This document shows, piece by piece, positions 19,753 to 31,513 of a stretch of 64,000 nucleotides of DNA. Position numbers and translations under genes: made by a program. Source of the DNA: Capsulimonadaceae bacterium (lineage in GTDB: Bacteria > Armatimonadota > Armatimonadia > Armatimonadales > Capsulimonadaceae); contig OZ244065.1 in the NCBI GenBank assembly GCA_965215505.1, positions 1,888,001 to 1,952,000 of the forward strand. Direction: 5' to 3'. Under the pieces are notes generated by a model. That model was given only the letters and a program-made list of their open reading frames with translations, was not told where the DNA came from and did no database searches. Positions within the stretch are counted from its first letter, which is position 1; each line of letters starts with the position of its first letter.

Positions 19753-19910
19753 GCGGTCTCCTCTGTGCCTCTCTCCTTGCGACAGTGTACCACGGGGCGG
19801 CGGGGGAAGGCAAGAGGGTTCTGCGGGGGGGTGCCCGGCGAGGCGGAGGGCGCGAAGGGGGAGGAGGGCGCGAAGGGGGAGGAGGGCGCACACGCAGGTG
19901 CGCCCCTACG

Positions 19911-20960
19911 TCAGCCCTCGTCCGCCCCAGACAGCAGCCTCTCCATTTCGAGCGTTTGCCGTTCGCGCTGAAGCTCGCCGATGAGTTCGTCCTCCGTCGG
20001 CAGGTGGAGTTTGTAGCGGGACGCGAAGATCTGGGTGCTGCCTTCCGGCAGGGTGTAATGCACGACGGCCTCGCTCTTGTCGGCACACAGGACGATGCCG
20101 ATGGGCGGGTTTTCGCCTTCCTGGGTCAGCTCCCGCGCGTAGTAGTTGACGTACATCTGCATCTGCCCGATGTCCTGGTGGGTCAGGTCGCCGATCTTCA
20201 GGTCCAGCAGGACGAAGCTGCGGGTGAGCCGGTTGTAGAAGACCAGGTCCACATAGAAGTGGCGGCCGTCGAGCGTGATGCGCTGCTGCCGGCCCATGAA
20301 GGCGAACCCCTTGCCCAATTCCAGGAGGAACTGCTGGAGCCTGCCCAGCAGGGCGCGCTCCAGGTCCGCTTCCAGGAAACTCTCGTCCTGCCGCAGTCCC
20401 GTGAATTCGAGCACATAGGGGTCTTTCACCAGGTCGGCGGGTTGATGTACCGCATGGCCCTCCTGGGCCAGCGCGAGGACGCCCGCGCGGTCCCGGCTCA
20501 GGGCCAGCCGCTCGAACAGCAGGGAGTTGATCTGGCGCTCCAGCTCGCGGGTTGACCAACGGGCGGCGACCGCTTCCGCCTCATAGAAGGCGCGGGCGTC
20601 GGGGTTTTCGACGCGCAGGAGCAGGCGGTAGTGGGTCCAAGCCAATTCGTGACGCAGTGCGTCACGGATTGGAAAGACGCGGTACAAGTTCCGCATGTTC
20701 GAGAGATTGGAACGGTCGAAGCCCTTGCCGAACTCCTGGGAGAGACGCCGGGAGAGGGCGGCGACGACCTGTTTACCGTAGTCGGCGCGTGCGGCTCCCC
20801 GCAGCTCCTCTTCGGCGATGACGCGGTCGATCTCCCAATAGGCGGCCACTATTTCCACGTTGACGGCCTGCCAGGCGCGCGAGCGGGCCTGGGTCAGAAT
20901 GGTGCGGATGCGGTCGCGGGCGGCGTCCCACTGCGGTTCTAGCGGCACTTCGGCGCTCAT
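19911..20960 (-). CDS. YhcG/DUF1016 PD-(D/E)XK nuclease family protein
   Basis: WSTRELERQI, KDPYVLEF, FLLELGKGFAF, DLVFY, GQMQMY, PPIGIVLC. Confidence 0.93.
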   Translation of the reverse strand: MSAEVPLEPQWDAARDRIRTILTQARSRAWQAVNVEIVAAYWEIDRVIAEEELRGAARADYGKQVVAALSRRLSQEFGKGFDRSNLSNMRNLYRVFPIRDALRHELAWTHYRLLLRVENPDARAFYEAEAVAARWSTRELERQINSLLFERLALSRDRAGVLALAQEGHAVHQPADLVKDPYVLEFTGLRQDESFLEADLERALLGRLQQFLLELGKGFAFMGRQQRITLDGRHFYVDLVFYNRLTRSFVLLDLKIGDLTHQDIGQMQMYVNYYARELTQEGENPPIGIVLCADKSEAVVHYTLPEGSTQIFASRYKLHLPTEDELIGELQRERQTLEMERLLSGADEG

Positions 20961-21067
20961 GTCGGGATGCCTTTGTTCCCCGGATTGGAAATCCGGGTCT
21001 TCGGTAAAGCGAATGTCTGCCTGCGCGGATGGAAGATGGGGACCCTGCTCCTGTGCCGGGAGGGGTA

Positions 21068-22062
21068 CTAGAATGCTGCCCGGATGGACTTTCGGCGGGC
21101 GGCGTTTTCCTGGTCGTAGCGTATCCACTTTTCGACGGGCCAGTCCTCGACCAGCTCGATGCGCTCGGCGGCCCAGGCGAGGTATTCGGGGGTGCTGTCG
21201 TTGCCGAGCCAGCGGCGGCCTAATTGTTCGGCGACGACGGCGGTGGTGCCGGAGCCGAGGAAGGCGTCGAGGACGAGGTCGCCGGGGTTGGAGGAGGCGA
21301 GGACGATGGCGCGCAATAGCTCCTCGGGCTTCTGGGTGGGATGCGGGGTCTTTTCGTGCATGCCGTTACAGGTGGTGGGGATCTCCAGGACGTCTTTGGG
21401 CTTCGCGCCGTTCGGGTGGGGGTGCCAGAGGCGGCCTTTCTGGCCGCCCTTGCCGTACTGGCTGGATTCGGCCTGTGGGTGTTCGGGGTACTTCAGGGTG
21501 TGGCTGCCGTAGGGGATACGCACGTCGTCCACGTTCATGGTGAACTGTTTGGTCTTGCGGAAGTGGAGGATGCTCTCGTGGGAGCGGCCCCAGTCACTTC
21601 CGAGGTTGGCTTTGTTCTTGTAGTGCCAGACGAGCCAGCGGCAGCCCTGGAAGAAGGCAGAAGCGGGGAGCTTCAGGTCGGCCAGTATCTCAAGCCGCAG
21701 ATGTAGAGTGTCCCGGTGGGTTTGAGGACGCGGGCGGCCTGCTCGATCCACTGGAGGGACCAGCGGACGTACTCCTGCTGCGACTCGAGAGTATCCCATT
21801 CGGCCTTCTTGATGCCGTTGGGCGGGTCGAAGAAGGCGAGATCAACGGAGTCGGCGGGCAGCGAGCGCAGCCAGGTGACGGCGTCGCCGAGCCAGAGCCG
21901 GCCGTGCGGGTGCGTGTAGTAGACGGCGGGCGTGTCGGCCAGGGACGGGGCGGGTGTGGTGACGGTGCCCTTGGTCGGCGGCGGCCCGAAGAGGCCGGGG
22001 GCGTCGGCGGGGGCGCTCCTGCGGCGGGCATACTCGGCAATGGGTTCCTGGATTTGTGACAT
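21068..22062 (-). pseudogene. beta-class N4/N6 DNA methyltransferase, frameshifted and with mutated catalytic motif
   Basis: DPPN instead of DPPY in the 5' frame; HPTQKP and DAFLGSGTT in a different frame; frameshift near 21690 (LYICG|EILADL). Confidence 0.88.
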
Positions 22063-22070
22063 GCTGTTTT

Positions 22071-22265
22071 TCAGGCGGCGAGGGAGGCGAGTTCCACTTC
22101 CAGGCCGAAGGCGTCAAAGAGGTAGTAGTCGCCGCCCCGGTTGATGCCGTGCCGCTTCTGCTCGACGGCGTAGGGAAGACGGTTCCGGTCCGGGAGATTC
22201 AGCGTCTCCCGCAGCGTTTGTGCCAAGGCGTCAAAGGCCATGTCGGTTTTGAAGTAGATTTCCAT
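22071..22265 (-). CDS. small hypothetical protein, possibly a truncated immunity protein
   Basis: 64-aa ORF with ATG start; follows a toxin-like remnant. Confidence 0.4.
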   Translation of the reverse strand: MEIYFKTDMAFDALAQTLRETLNLPDRNRLPYAVEQKRHGINRGGDYYLFDAFGLEVELASLAA

Positions 22266-22316
22266 GTGTTACGCCCCGATGTTACGCACCGATCTGGGCC
22301 AGCCCCAACGAACGTA

Positions 22317-22456
22317 GGACGAGTGATTGAAATCACTCGCTCCGGTAGGATTTGTCCAAGGGACAAGCGGCCAGAGGACACGGATGACCGGCTACCTTTT
22401 CCGTCTTCTGTCCCCTGCACAGGTCCCCCCCAGCGAGTGATTTCAATCACTCGTCC
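22317..22456. mobile_element. MITE/REPIN-like element bounded by 25-bp inverted repeats
   Basis: GGACGAGTGATTGAAATCACTCGCT ... AGCGAGTGATTTCAATCACTCGTCC; related half copy at 26367-26415. Confidence 0.7.
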
Positions 22457-22587
22457 GATGCTCGTCCCCATGCGCCCGGCCTGAAGATGTGGCCGGATGT
22501 CCTCCGTGCCGGCGGCGGCGCGGAAGCGGCGGGCGGCTTCCGCGAACTGCTCTTCATCCGTAAAACCTAATGGCGGCATGTTTTCTC

Positions 22588-25260
<2,673 letters not shown>

Positions 25261-25340
25261 TGTCACCGTGCCGTTCTTTATCCAAGTTTGCCATGGTTGT
25301 TTAGTTCGCGGCGGGCGGGTCGGTTTCCTGCGCGGGGGGA

Positions 25341-26267
25341 TCAGCCCCCACCCCCAGCCCCTCCCCCGCAAGCGGGAGAGGGGGTCCAGAGGGAGTTAGT
25401 CCGAATGGGAGGCGGTTTCAGCAGGGGGGCGGCCCAGCCGGGGGTGAGCAGGAGAGCGGGAGAGAACGCGGGTTCGTTTCGGCAGTTTTCGGCGGCGTCC
25501 GTTGGAGGGGCGGGCGGGACAGGAGCAGGCACGACCGGTTCGGCGGAGCGCCACGGGGTCGCCGAGAGGGACGGCGCGGCCACGCGCGGCGGAACGGGAC
25601 CCGACCCGGCCCGCGTGTCCAGAGGCGCGTCCGCAAGAGCCGCCACCACTGCCTCCGTCGCCTTGCGGATGCGCCGCAGACGCCCACGGGTCTCCAGGTC
25701 TATGTCGGTCTCCTCGCGGGCGCTGTCGCGGCACTCCCGCTCCGAGGTCATCGCCTCCTCCAGCACCTCGTCGCGCACGCGCCGGGCATAGAGGGCGGGC
25801 GCGTCCCGCCCCAGCATCTTGACGGCGGTGTCGATCTGCCGGTGCAGATGGGTCTCGTGGCGCAACGCCTTGTCCAGCCGGTCCAGGCGGGCCTCCTCGG
25901 TCAAGGTGTCGTCTTCAAAGAGCTGGGCCTGCCAGCGGTGCAGGCGGCGCAGGCGCCAGGAGGCGGCGGCGATCTTCTCGACGTAGTGCTGCTCGAGCAG
26001 GGTGCGCGGGGGGAGCTGGGCGAGCCAGGCGTCTTCGAGGAGCCGGTAGCCCTGGGGGTCTTCGCCGAGGGCGGGGAGGACGACGTCGCGGGCGAAGAGG
26101 CCGTGGGTGGTGGCGTTACGGGCGGCGACGGCTTTGCCGGCCTCAGTCTTGCCGGCGGGGGTGCGGGGGCCGGTGGCATGGGGCGCGGGGGCGGCGTGCG
26201 GTGGTGCAGCCGGGGGGACGGGCGCGGGAGACGGAGGGACGGTGGTCGAAAGAGTGGCGGTGGACAT
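25341..26267 (-). CDS. hypothetical protein with GP(R/K)T..GK.....NA..HGL motif
   Basis: TGPRTPAGK...[10 protein letters not shown]...VE.IA...WRLRR; promoter TTGACA-18-TATACT at 26302-26331. Confidence 0.7.
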   Translation of the reverse strand: MSTATLSTTVPPSPAPVPPAAPPHAAPAPHATGPRTPAGKTEAGKAVAARNATTHGLFARDVVLPALGEDPQGYRLLEDAWLAQLPPRTLLEQHYVEKIAAASWRLRRLHRWQAQLFEDDTLTEEARLDRLDKALRHETHLHRQIDTAVKMLGRDAPALYARRVRDEVLEEAMTSERECRDSAREETDIDLETRGRLRRIRKATEAVVAALADAPLDTRAGSGPVPPRVAAPSLSATPWRSAEPVVPAPVPPAPPTDAAENCRNEPAFSPALLLTPGWAAPLLKPPPIRTNSLWTPSPACGGGAGGGG

Positions 26268-26548
26268 TGGCGTGGCCTTTCGGTGTAATAACTTGTCTAC
26301 TAGTATAGCGCATGACGCAGGGGAATGTCAAGGGGGCAGGAGTCAAGACGAGTTAAGACGAGTTAAGACGAGTGAATGAATTCACTCGCTGACGCCGGAC
26401 CTGTCCAGGGGACAGAAGAGGGAGGGGAGCAGGAGAGGAGAAGGGCAACCACGGGGGGTTGCCCCTACCAGGGCCGGGCAGGGATCGCGTAGGGGAGAGC
26501 CCCGTGCCTGCGCTTCCGGTATCCTATGCCGGGGGGGCTGCTCCGAAA

Positions 26549-26763
26549 GAGCCGAAGGCAGAGGGGCCTCGCGCGCGTCTGAGTTGTCTTTGAGTCTTCT
26601 CTGAGTAGTCTCTGAAGTAGTATGTGGGGTTCCCGCAAACTGGTGTGGGGGATTCGGGGGGTCCGGTTTGCGGGATTTGGCGGGGGAACGCGCCCCGTGA
26701 CGCCCCCAACAGAGCCTTAGTCGCTGCCCCTCGCGGAGTAGGCAGGCCCCTCTGTTCCGGCTC
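26549..26763. repeat. ~215-bp structured element closed by imperfect 20-21-bp inverted repeats
   Basis: GAGCCGAAGGCAGAGGGGCCT / AGGCCCCTCTGTTCCGGCTC; internal stem TCCCGCAAACTGG / CCGGTTTGCGGGA. Confidence 0.55.
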
Positions 26764-27367
26764 ATCGGGGGCCTTTGGCGCTGAACGGTGGTCGGTCGAA
26801 AGGATGAGGAGAGACAAAAAGGATCTCCCGCCTCATCTGCTCGTGGAGTTCTTGTTTCACTCCCGGCGTCAGCAAAGAGCTGTCTATCCTGTCTTTCAGG
26901 CGGTCAATCCGCTGCCTGGCCTCAAAGACTTCGTGCCGCCAGCGGACCAGGTCATCGCGCCACAGGGAGATCATCCCGATGGTCCACTTCCCGGCTTGAG
27001 TGAGGGCTTTGAGTTCGCCCGTCGGGAGAACCTCCCAGTGCTGTTCCGTGTCTTCCTCGGTGGAGTCCACGAAGCGCAACCCGAGGGCGCTCTCGACGGC
27101 ATCGGGCCAAGTGTCCCGCTTGAAGTGGTTACACTCGCCGCACGACCAGAAAAGATTCGCGTAAGTGTAGGCAAGCTCCGGCCTGTTCATCCTCTGGAAT
27201 TCCGCCTCCGGGCAGAGATGGTCTATCTGGCCGTTGGCTTCGCCGCCGAAGTGAAATTCGTGTCTCAGGCAGTAGGCGCAGCGGTTGAGGAAGGTCCTGC
27301 GGAGAAGCGGTTTGTAGGCGTGATAGTCCTTGTACACGCGCGGGGCTGGGACTCGTGGGAAGATCAT
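26762..27367 (-). CDS. HNH endonuclease
   Basis: RCAYC...QIDHLCP...YANLFWSCGECNHFK. Confidence 0.9.
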   Translation of the reverse strand: MIFPRVPAPRVYKDYHAYKPLLRRTFLNRCAYCLRHEFHFGGEANGQIDHLCPEAEFQRMNRPELAYTYANLFWSCGECNHFKRDTWPDAVESALGLRFVDSTEEDTEQHWEVLPTGELKALTQAGKWTIGMISLWRDDLVRWRHEVFEARQRIDRLKDRIDSSLLTPGVKQELHEQMRREILFVSPHPFDRPPFSAKGPR

Positions 27368-27380
27368 GCCAGCCGGTCAA

Positions 27381-28031
27381 TCATTCCGCTGCGCCCGCCC
27401 GTTCCGTTCCTGCCAGCTCGGCCGTGCGCTCCGCGATACGCGCGTCCACCTCTTCCTCCAGTGCGGCGAGCGCGGCGTTCACGCGCTTGACCTGCCGTGC
27501 GGCCTCCTGCGAGCGCTCGTCACGTCGGCTGATCGCCTGGATCTGGTCGCGCAGGCTGACCAGCTCTTCTTCCTGGCCAGCGGTCAGCCCGCCGAGCCAG
27601 CTCTTGCGGGTCAACGCTTTGTATCTTGTTAGCAGTTCGTCGGGATAGGCTGGTGTTTCCAGATCTACAAGAGGGCTGTTCGCCGTCACCCGTGCGATGA
27701 GCGGGCCAAAGGAAAAACCTTTCTCATCCAGCCGTTCTGCGAGGTTCCTTCGCTCAACAAGTGCTGAAATCTTGGTTGATTTTTCCACCATCTGACGGAT
27801 GGCTAACAAGTACTGAGACGGCGTGTCCCCCGGCTCAATCTCTAGAATGGCTGTTCGAGGCGTTAGGGTGTAAGTACGGAAAACATCCCCAGGCGGAGAG
27901 GCACGCCTCTTGCGTGTGCGCCCTTTAGTAAGTACCTCCTTTCGCAGCACCCCAAGTTGGGATGAGTCCTTCACAGCGTACAATCTTAAAGCCGAAAAAG
28001 CATGACTTTTTTGTTTCTTAGTTTTTTCCAT
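27381..28031 (-). CDS. hypothetical protein, basic N-terminus and coiled-coil C-terminus
   Basis: ATG with GGA-type RBS; RY.AL..K...GGLT..QEEEL..L helical hairpin followed by heptad-like tail. Confidence 0.7.
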   Translation of the reverse strand: MEKTKKQKSHAFSALRLYAVKDSSQLGVLRKEVLTKGRTRKRRASPPGDVFRTYTLTPRTAILEIEPGDTPSQYLLAIRQMVEKSTKISALVERRNLAERLDEKGFSFGPLIARVTANSPLVDLETPAYPDELLTRYKALTRKSWLGGLTAGQEEELVSLRDQIQAISRRDERSQEAARQVKRVNAALAALEEEVDARIAERTAELAGTERAGAAE

Positions 28032-28078
28032 AGCTCATCCTAAAAACGAATAACTCCTGGATCGTTCTAAAACATCTT

Positions 28079-29101
28079 CTAAAATCCGGTTGGGAGGTCT
28101 GCCGTCTCTTCCCAATCAATGAATTTCCGAAATTCTGAGACGAAACCGATACGAATCGTTCCTAAAGGACCATTGGGGTTCTTGGCGATGATTAATTCCG
28201 TTGCCTCCGCTAACACGATCGAGGTGTTAGCTTCTCCTGACGTATATGGCGTTGGGTCCGCGAAGCTTCGATACAGAAAAGAAATGCCGTCTGCAACTTC
28301 CTCCAGCCTTCCCTTTCCGGGGAGGTCGGTTAGGTATGGCCGCCGGGTTCCCCGCTGTTCAGCAGTACGAGAAACCCCGCACGTTACAATTATGGGGACA
28401 TCAAGTTCACGTGCGACTAGCTTGAGGCTACGCGCAGCCTCACCAATATCCTCCTCACCCGCCCTTCCCCCGGGTGTTACATTAAGCAAATCCAAACCGT
28501 CAATCACGATCAGCTTCAGCCCAGAGTCTGGGAGGGCTTCGCATCTAAATAGGATATCGTCGGTGTGCAAAGCCACTGAGTCATCGATAAAGAGAGAACT
28601 TTCATAAGTCGGCTTTATAATGCCTGCAAGTTGAACCCACTCGTGTTCGCTCAACCTACCGGACGCAACAGAGAGACTGTTGATGTCCGCTTGGGCACAA
28701 AGCAAGCGAAGAGCAACTTCTTCTCGTCTCATTCCAGGTGTAAAAAGAGCCGTAGTGTGCCCTTCGTATATTGCGGCGTGGGACGCAACTTGAAACGCGA
28801 GGCTGGTTTTACCTACTGCCGGGCGTGAGGCAATCAAGTACAAATGTCCCGGACTAAACCCGCCTGTGATTAAGTCCCAGTTTTCCAGCCCCGTGCGGAC
28901 TCCTTGGGTGTGGGGACCGGTTTCCGCCATCTCCTCAAGTCTCTCAAGTATTTTCAGGAGATCGACGCCGATTGGGCGAAGGCTTTCACTACTAGTATCA
29001 AGGTATGGGGTGAGATCCATACCAGTGCTTGGTATCTTCTCCGGCTGGGCATCAGTAGTTTCTGGTTCGACACCATCGGAAGGGATTAAATTATCTGCCA
29101 A
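28079..29101 (-). CDS. DnaB-like helicase C-terminal domain protein, degenerate
   Basis: GVRTG...WD..TGGF..G.L..IASRPAVGKTS, SLKLVARELDVPI, ELIIAK..NGP.GTI; no DnaB N-terminal domain; lower GC. Confidence 0.85.
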   Translation of the reverse strand: MADNLIPSDGVEPETTDAQPEKIPSTGMDLTPYLDTSSESLRPIGVDLLKILERLEEMAETGPHTQGVRTGLENWDLITGGFSPGHLYLIASRPAVGKTSLAFQVASHAAIYEGHTTALFTPGMRREEVALRLLCAQADINSLSVASGRLSEHEWVQLAGIIKPTYESSLFIDDSVALHTDDILFRCEALPDSGLKLIVIDGLDLLNVTPGGRAGEEDIGEAARSLKLVARELDVPIIVTCGVSRTAEQRGTRRPYLTDLPGKGRLEEVADGISFLYRSFADPTPYTSGEANTSIVLAEATELIIAKNPNGPLGTIRIGFVSEFRKFIDWEETADLPTGF

Positions 29102-29196
29102 AGTTACAGATCCTCTGTGTCAGGGCATCGGTGTCAGGGCATCGGTGTAGTGGGTCGGTGTTCATATCATTGCACTAACCTTTTCTCATTTTCTCA

Positions 29197-29358
29197 TTAA
29201 GAGCCGCTCCTAAGCCTCTTCTCCGCACGCTTCAGGTAGCGGCGGCAGGCCAGCCGGATGACCGCGCTGCGGCTGTCCGGCCCCTGAGCCTCCGTCACCG
29301 CGTCGAATGCGGTCACGAGGTCAGGGGACAGGAGGACGGAGGATTTGTCAGTTCCGTT
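29197..29358 (-). pseudogene. decayed ribbon-helix-helix (CopG/NikR-like) regulator, absent from ORF track
   Basis: frame reads KSSVLLSPDLVTAFDAVTEAQGPDSRSAVIRLACRRYL...*; no canonical in-frame start upstream of the motif. Confidence 0.6.
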
Positions 29359-29361
29359 CTC

Positions 29362-29390
29362 AGTATAGCCGCTGAGTCAAGCGTTGTCAA
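29362..29390 (-). promoter_or_regulatory. sigma70-type promoter for the RHH/DnaB-like/HNH operon
   Basis: TTGACA-17 bp-TATACT. Confidence 0.75.
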
Positions 29391-29603
29391 CACACCAAAC
29401 GGCGCAGATCATGTGCTGGTAGACCGGGCGCTGATACCCGGCCTTCTCCGCTCAGGCCGGCCAAAAATTTCTGCGATATTTTCCGCGCGGCGGGTTTATT
29501 TCTGTTTTTTCGCGGGGTAGAACTCTCGTGGGAAGCCCGGAAGCCAACGCCGGGCAGACCCAACCAATACGCTTCTGCAACTGCAAAAGGAGGTTTTTGA
29601 GCA

Positions 29604-30188
29604 ATGGCACTCTCAATTATCCGCCGTGGTGGCAGCCCCGTGTCGGTGCGCCGTGGCGACAGCAGCATTCCGAGCGGCGTGACCAGCCGCCTGGACCCCT
29701 GGAACGATTTCGCGGTCATGGACCGCCTCCTCGAAAACTTCTTCTCGTCCCCCCTGTCCGCGTTCGGGCGCGGCGGCACGGCCGCCCAGCCGTCCTTCGC
29801 GCCGACTACCCCGTCCGAGCCGGTGGTTGAGCTGTATGAGACGGGGGAGGAGCTGCTGGCCTTTATTTACGCGCCCGGACTCGCCCCGGACAGCTTCGAC
29901 ATCTCCGCCACCGGCGATTCGCTCGTCCTTAAGGCCGAGCGCAGGCCGCTCCTGGAGGTGACCGAGGGCATGACCTCGCACACCCCCTGGGCGGGCCTGG
30001 CGACGGGGGCGAGCGCGTGGAGCGCGTCCTACACGCTGCCGGTGGAGATCGACCCGAACCGGGTGGAGGCGAGCTACAAGGACGGCGTTCTGTCCCTGCG
30101 CCTGCCGAAGATCGAGGCGGCTAAACCGCGCCGGGTGAAGGTCGAGGTCGGCACCACCGTGTCTCGGGACCAGATAAACACGGAATAA
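29604..30188 (+). CDS. Hsp20/alpha-crystallin small heat shock protein
   Basis: AGGAGG RBS; LPVEID...VEASYKDGVLSLRLPK, C-terminal VKV. Confidence 0.92.
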   Translation: MALSIIRRGGSPVSVRRGDSSIPSGVTSRLDPWNDFAVMDRLLENFFSSPLSAFGRGGTAAQPSFAPTTPSEPVVELYETGEELLAFIYAPGLAPDSFDISATGDSLVLKAERRPLLEVTEGMTSHTPWAGLATGASAWSASYTLPVEIDPNRVEASYKDGVLSLRLPKIEAAKPRRVKVEVGTTVSRDQINTE

Positions 30189-30237
30189 GAGCTGCAAGGA
30201 ATAAGAGCTGCAAGGAAGCGGACGACTGAGGAACGAG

Positions 30238-30273
30238 AAGGCCGCCGGTGCAATGAGTACCGGCGGCCTTTGT
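30238..30273 (+). terminator. intrinsic terminator after hsp20
   Basis: AAGGCCGCCGGT-loop-ACCGGCGGCCTTT. Confidence 0.7.
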
Positions 30274-30703
30274 CTGTCTCCGCCGGGGCTATAGAAACCC
30301 CGGCAGGGAAGCATCCTTCGGGCGAAGACGATGTGCAAAAACTATTCGCCGTTCCCCCGGTCTTTTAGCTTGCCTAGCATAGATCATGCAGCAGATGGAC
30401 GGTGATCGGGAAGGCGCGGATTTTGGAAAGAGGGCGCGGCAAGCGGCGCCCCTACAGTTTCAGATAACGCCTTCCGAACCCCTGAAGGGGCGGCCCATCC
30501 GTGTAGACCAGCCCTTCCAGGGCTGGACTGATTGTATCGCCGCGTGTCTTGCGACGGCCTTACGTCGGGGGCATGGTCCAGTCGAACGCGGCGGCTTTGG
30601 CGGCCTGATAGCCGGTATCCAACGCGGGTTCGAGGAGGCGGAGGGCGGCGACGCGGCAGTGATTTCGCGGGTCCCACCGGGGTCGGAGGAGTCTTGAATA
30701 TGG

Positions 30704-31513
30704 CTACCAGTCAAGCGCTTCCGGCGCATCGGTGAACAACCGGTTGACTTCCTGATGGTGGCGAAGTGACCGTTGTCGCTTCATTTCGTGCCAAACAGTT
30801 GGATGGTGCATGTGCCGCAGGGATGTAATGGTATGCTGGATTGCCTCGGGCGGCTCGCCGTGAGACTTCTGATCCACATAGCGTTTCAGGCGATCCCGGT
30901 AGGCATGATAGGCTTCCTGGCGCGCGGCGGGTAAAACGTCCTCCTCGTTGAGTTTGAGCAAGATGATCGTGTGTTCGGCACGTTCCCGTTCCCGTGTGCC
31001 CGGCGCGGCACGGGGGAGAAAGAAAAACGTGTCGCGCATTTCCAGCATCATAAACTGTAAAGGGTCTTCGCGGCGGGGGTTAATGAGAAGGGCGTCGCCC
31101 GCTGGGGGGTGAAGCCCGTGCTGTTTGACGAACACGGGTACTTCCAAGCGCGCGCCATCCGTTTCGGAATAGATCTCGCAGCGGTTGGATTTGGGGCGGT
31201 TGCAGCGGGGACACGCGAACAGATAGTTTTGCCAGGCGAAGACGAGGTCGGGGTAGAAGTCCTTCGGCCAGATGTGCTCGACATCCGTCGCCTGCGAGTC
31301 CTCGCAGTAACAGCAGCGCTGCGCCCCAACGCACATCTGCTTCAAGGCGGTCAGGATCGGGCGAAAGGCCACAAGTCCGCGCTTGGCCTCAAAAAGCTCT
31401 GCCCCTGTTTTTACCTGCTGTTCATAGGTCGGCTCGGCGTCCACGATCTTCTGAAGACCCGCCAGCCAGGTCTGTGCGGCGTCAGGTAAGGACCTATCGG
31501 GCAGCCGGATCAT
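30704..31513 (-). CDS. HNH endonuclease (PtuB-like)
   Basis: RCCYCED...DVEHIWPK..YP...F.W.NYLFACPRCN; LINPR; ATGA overlap with ATPase. Confidence 0.88.
   Translation of the reverse strand: MIRLPDRSLPDAAQTWLAGLQKIVDAEPTYEQQVKTGAELFEAKRGLVAFRPILTALKQMCVGAQRCCYCEDSQATDVEHIWPKDFYPDLVFAWQNYLFACPRCNRPKSNRCEIYSETDGARLEVPVFVKQHGLHPPAGDALLINPRREDPLQFMMLEMRDTFFFLPRAAPGTRERERAEHTIILLKLNEEDVLPAARQEAYHAYRDRLKRYVDQKSHGEPPEAIQHTITSLRHMHHPTVWHEMKRQRSLRHHQEVNRLFTDAPEALDW

Noticed and set aside
22317-22456. ATTGAAA-containing repeats resembling CRISPR repeat ends
   Set aside because: Only two copies, inverted rather than direct; fits a MITE/REPIN
28079-29101. housekeeping replicative dnaB or prophage replication module
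   Set aside because: N-terminal domain and key catalytic residues are missing; no phage or replication genes nearby
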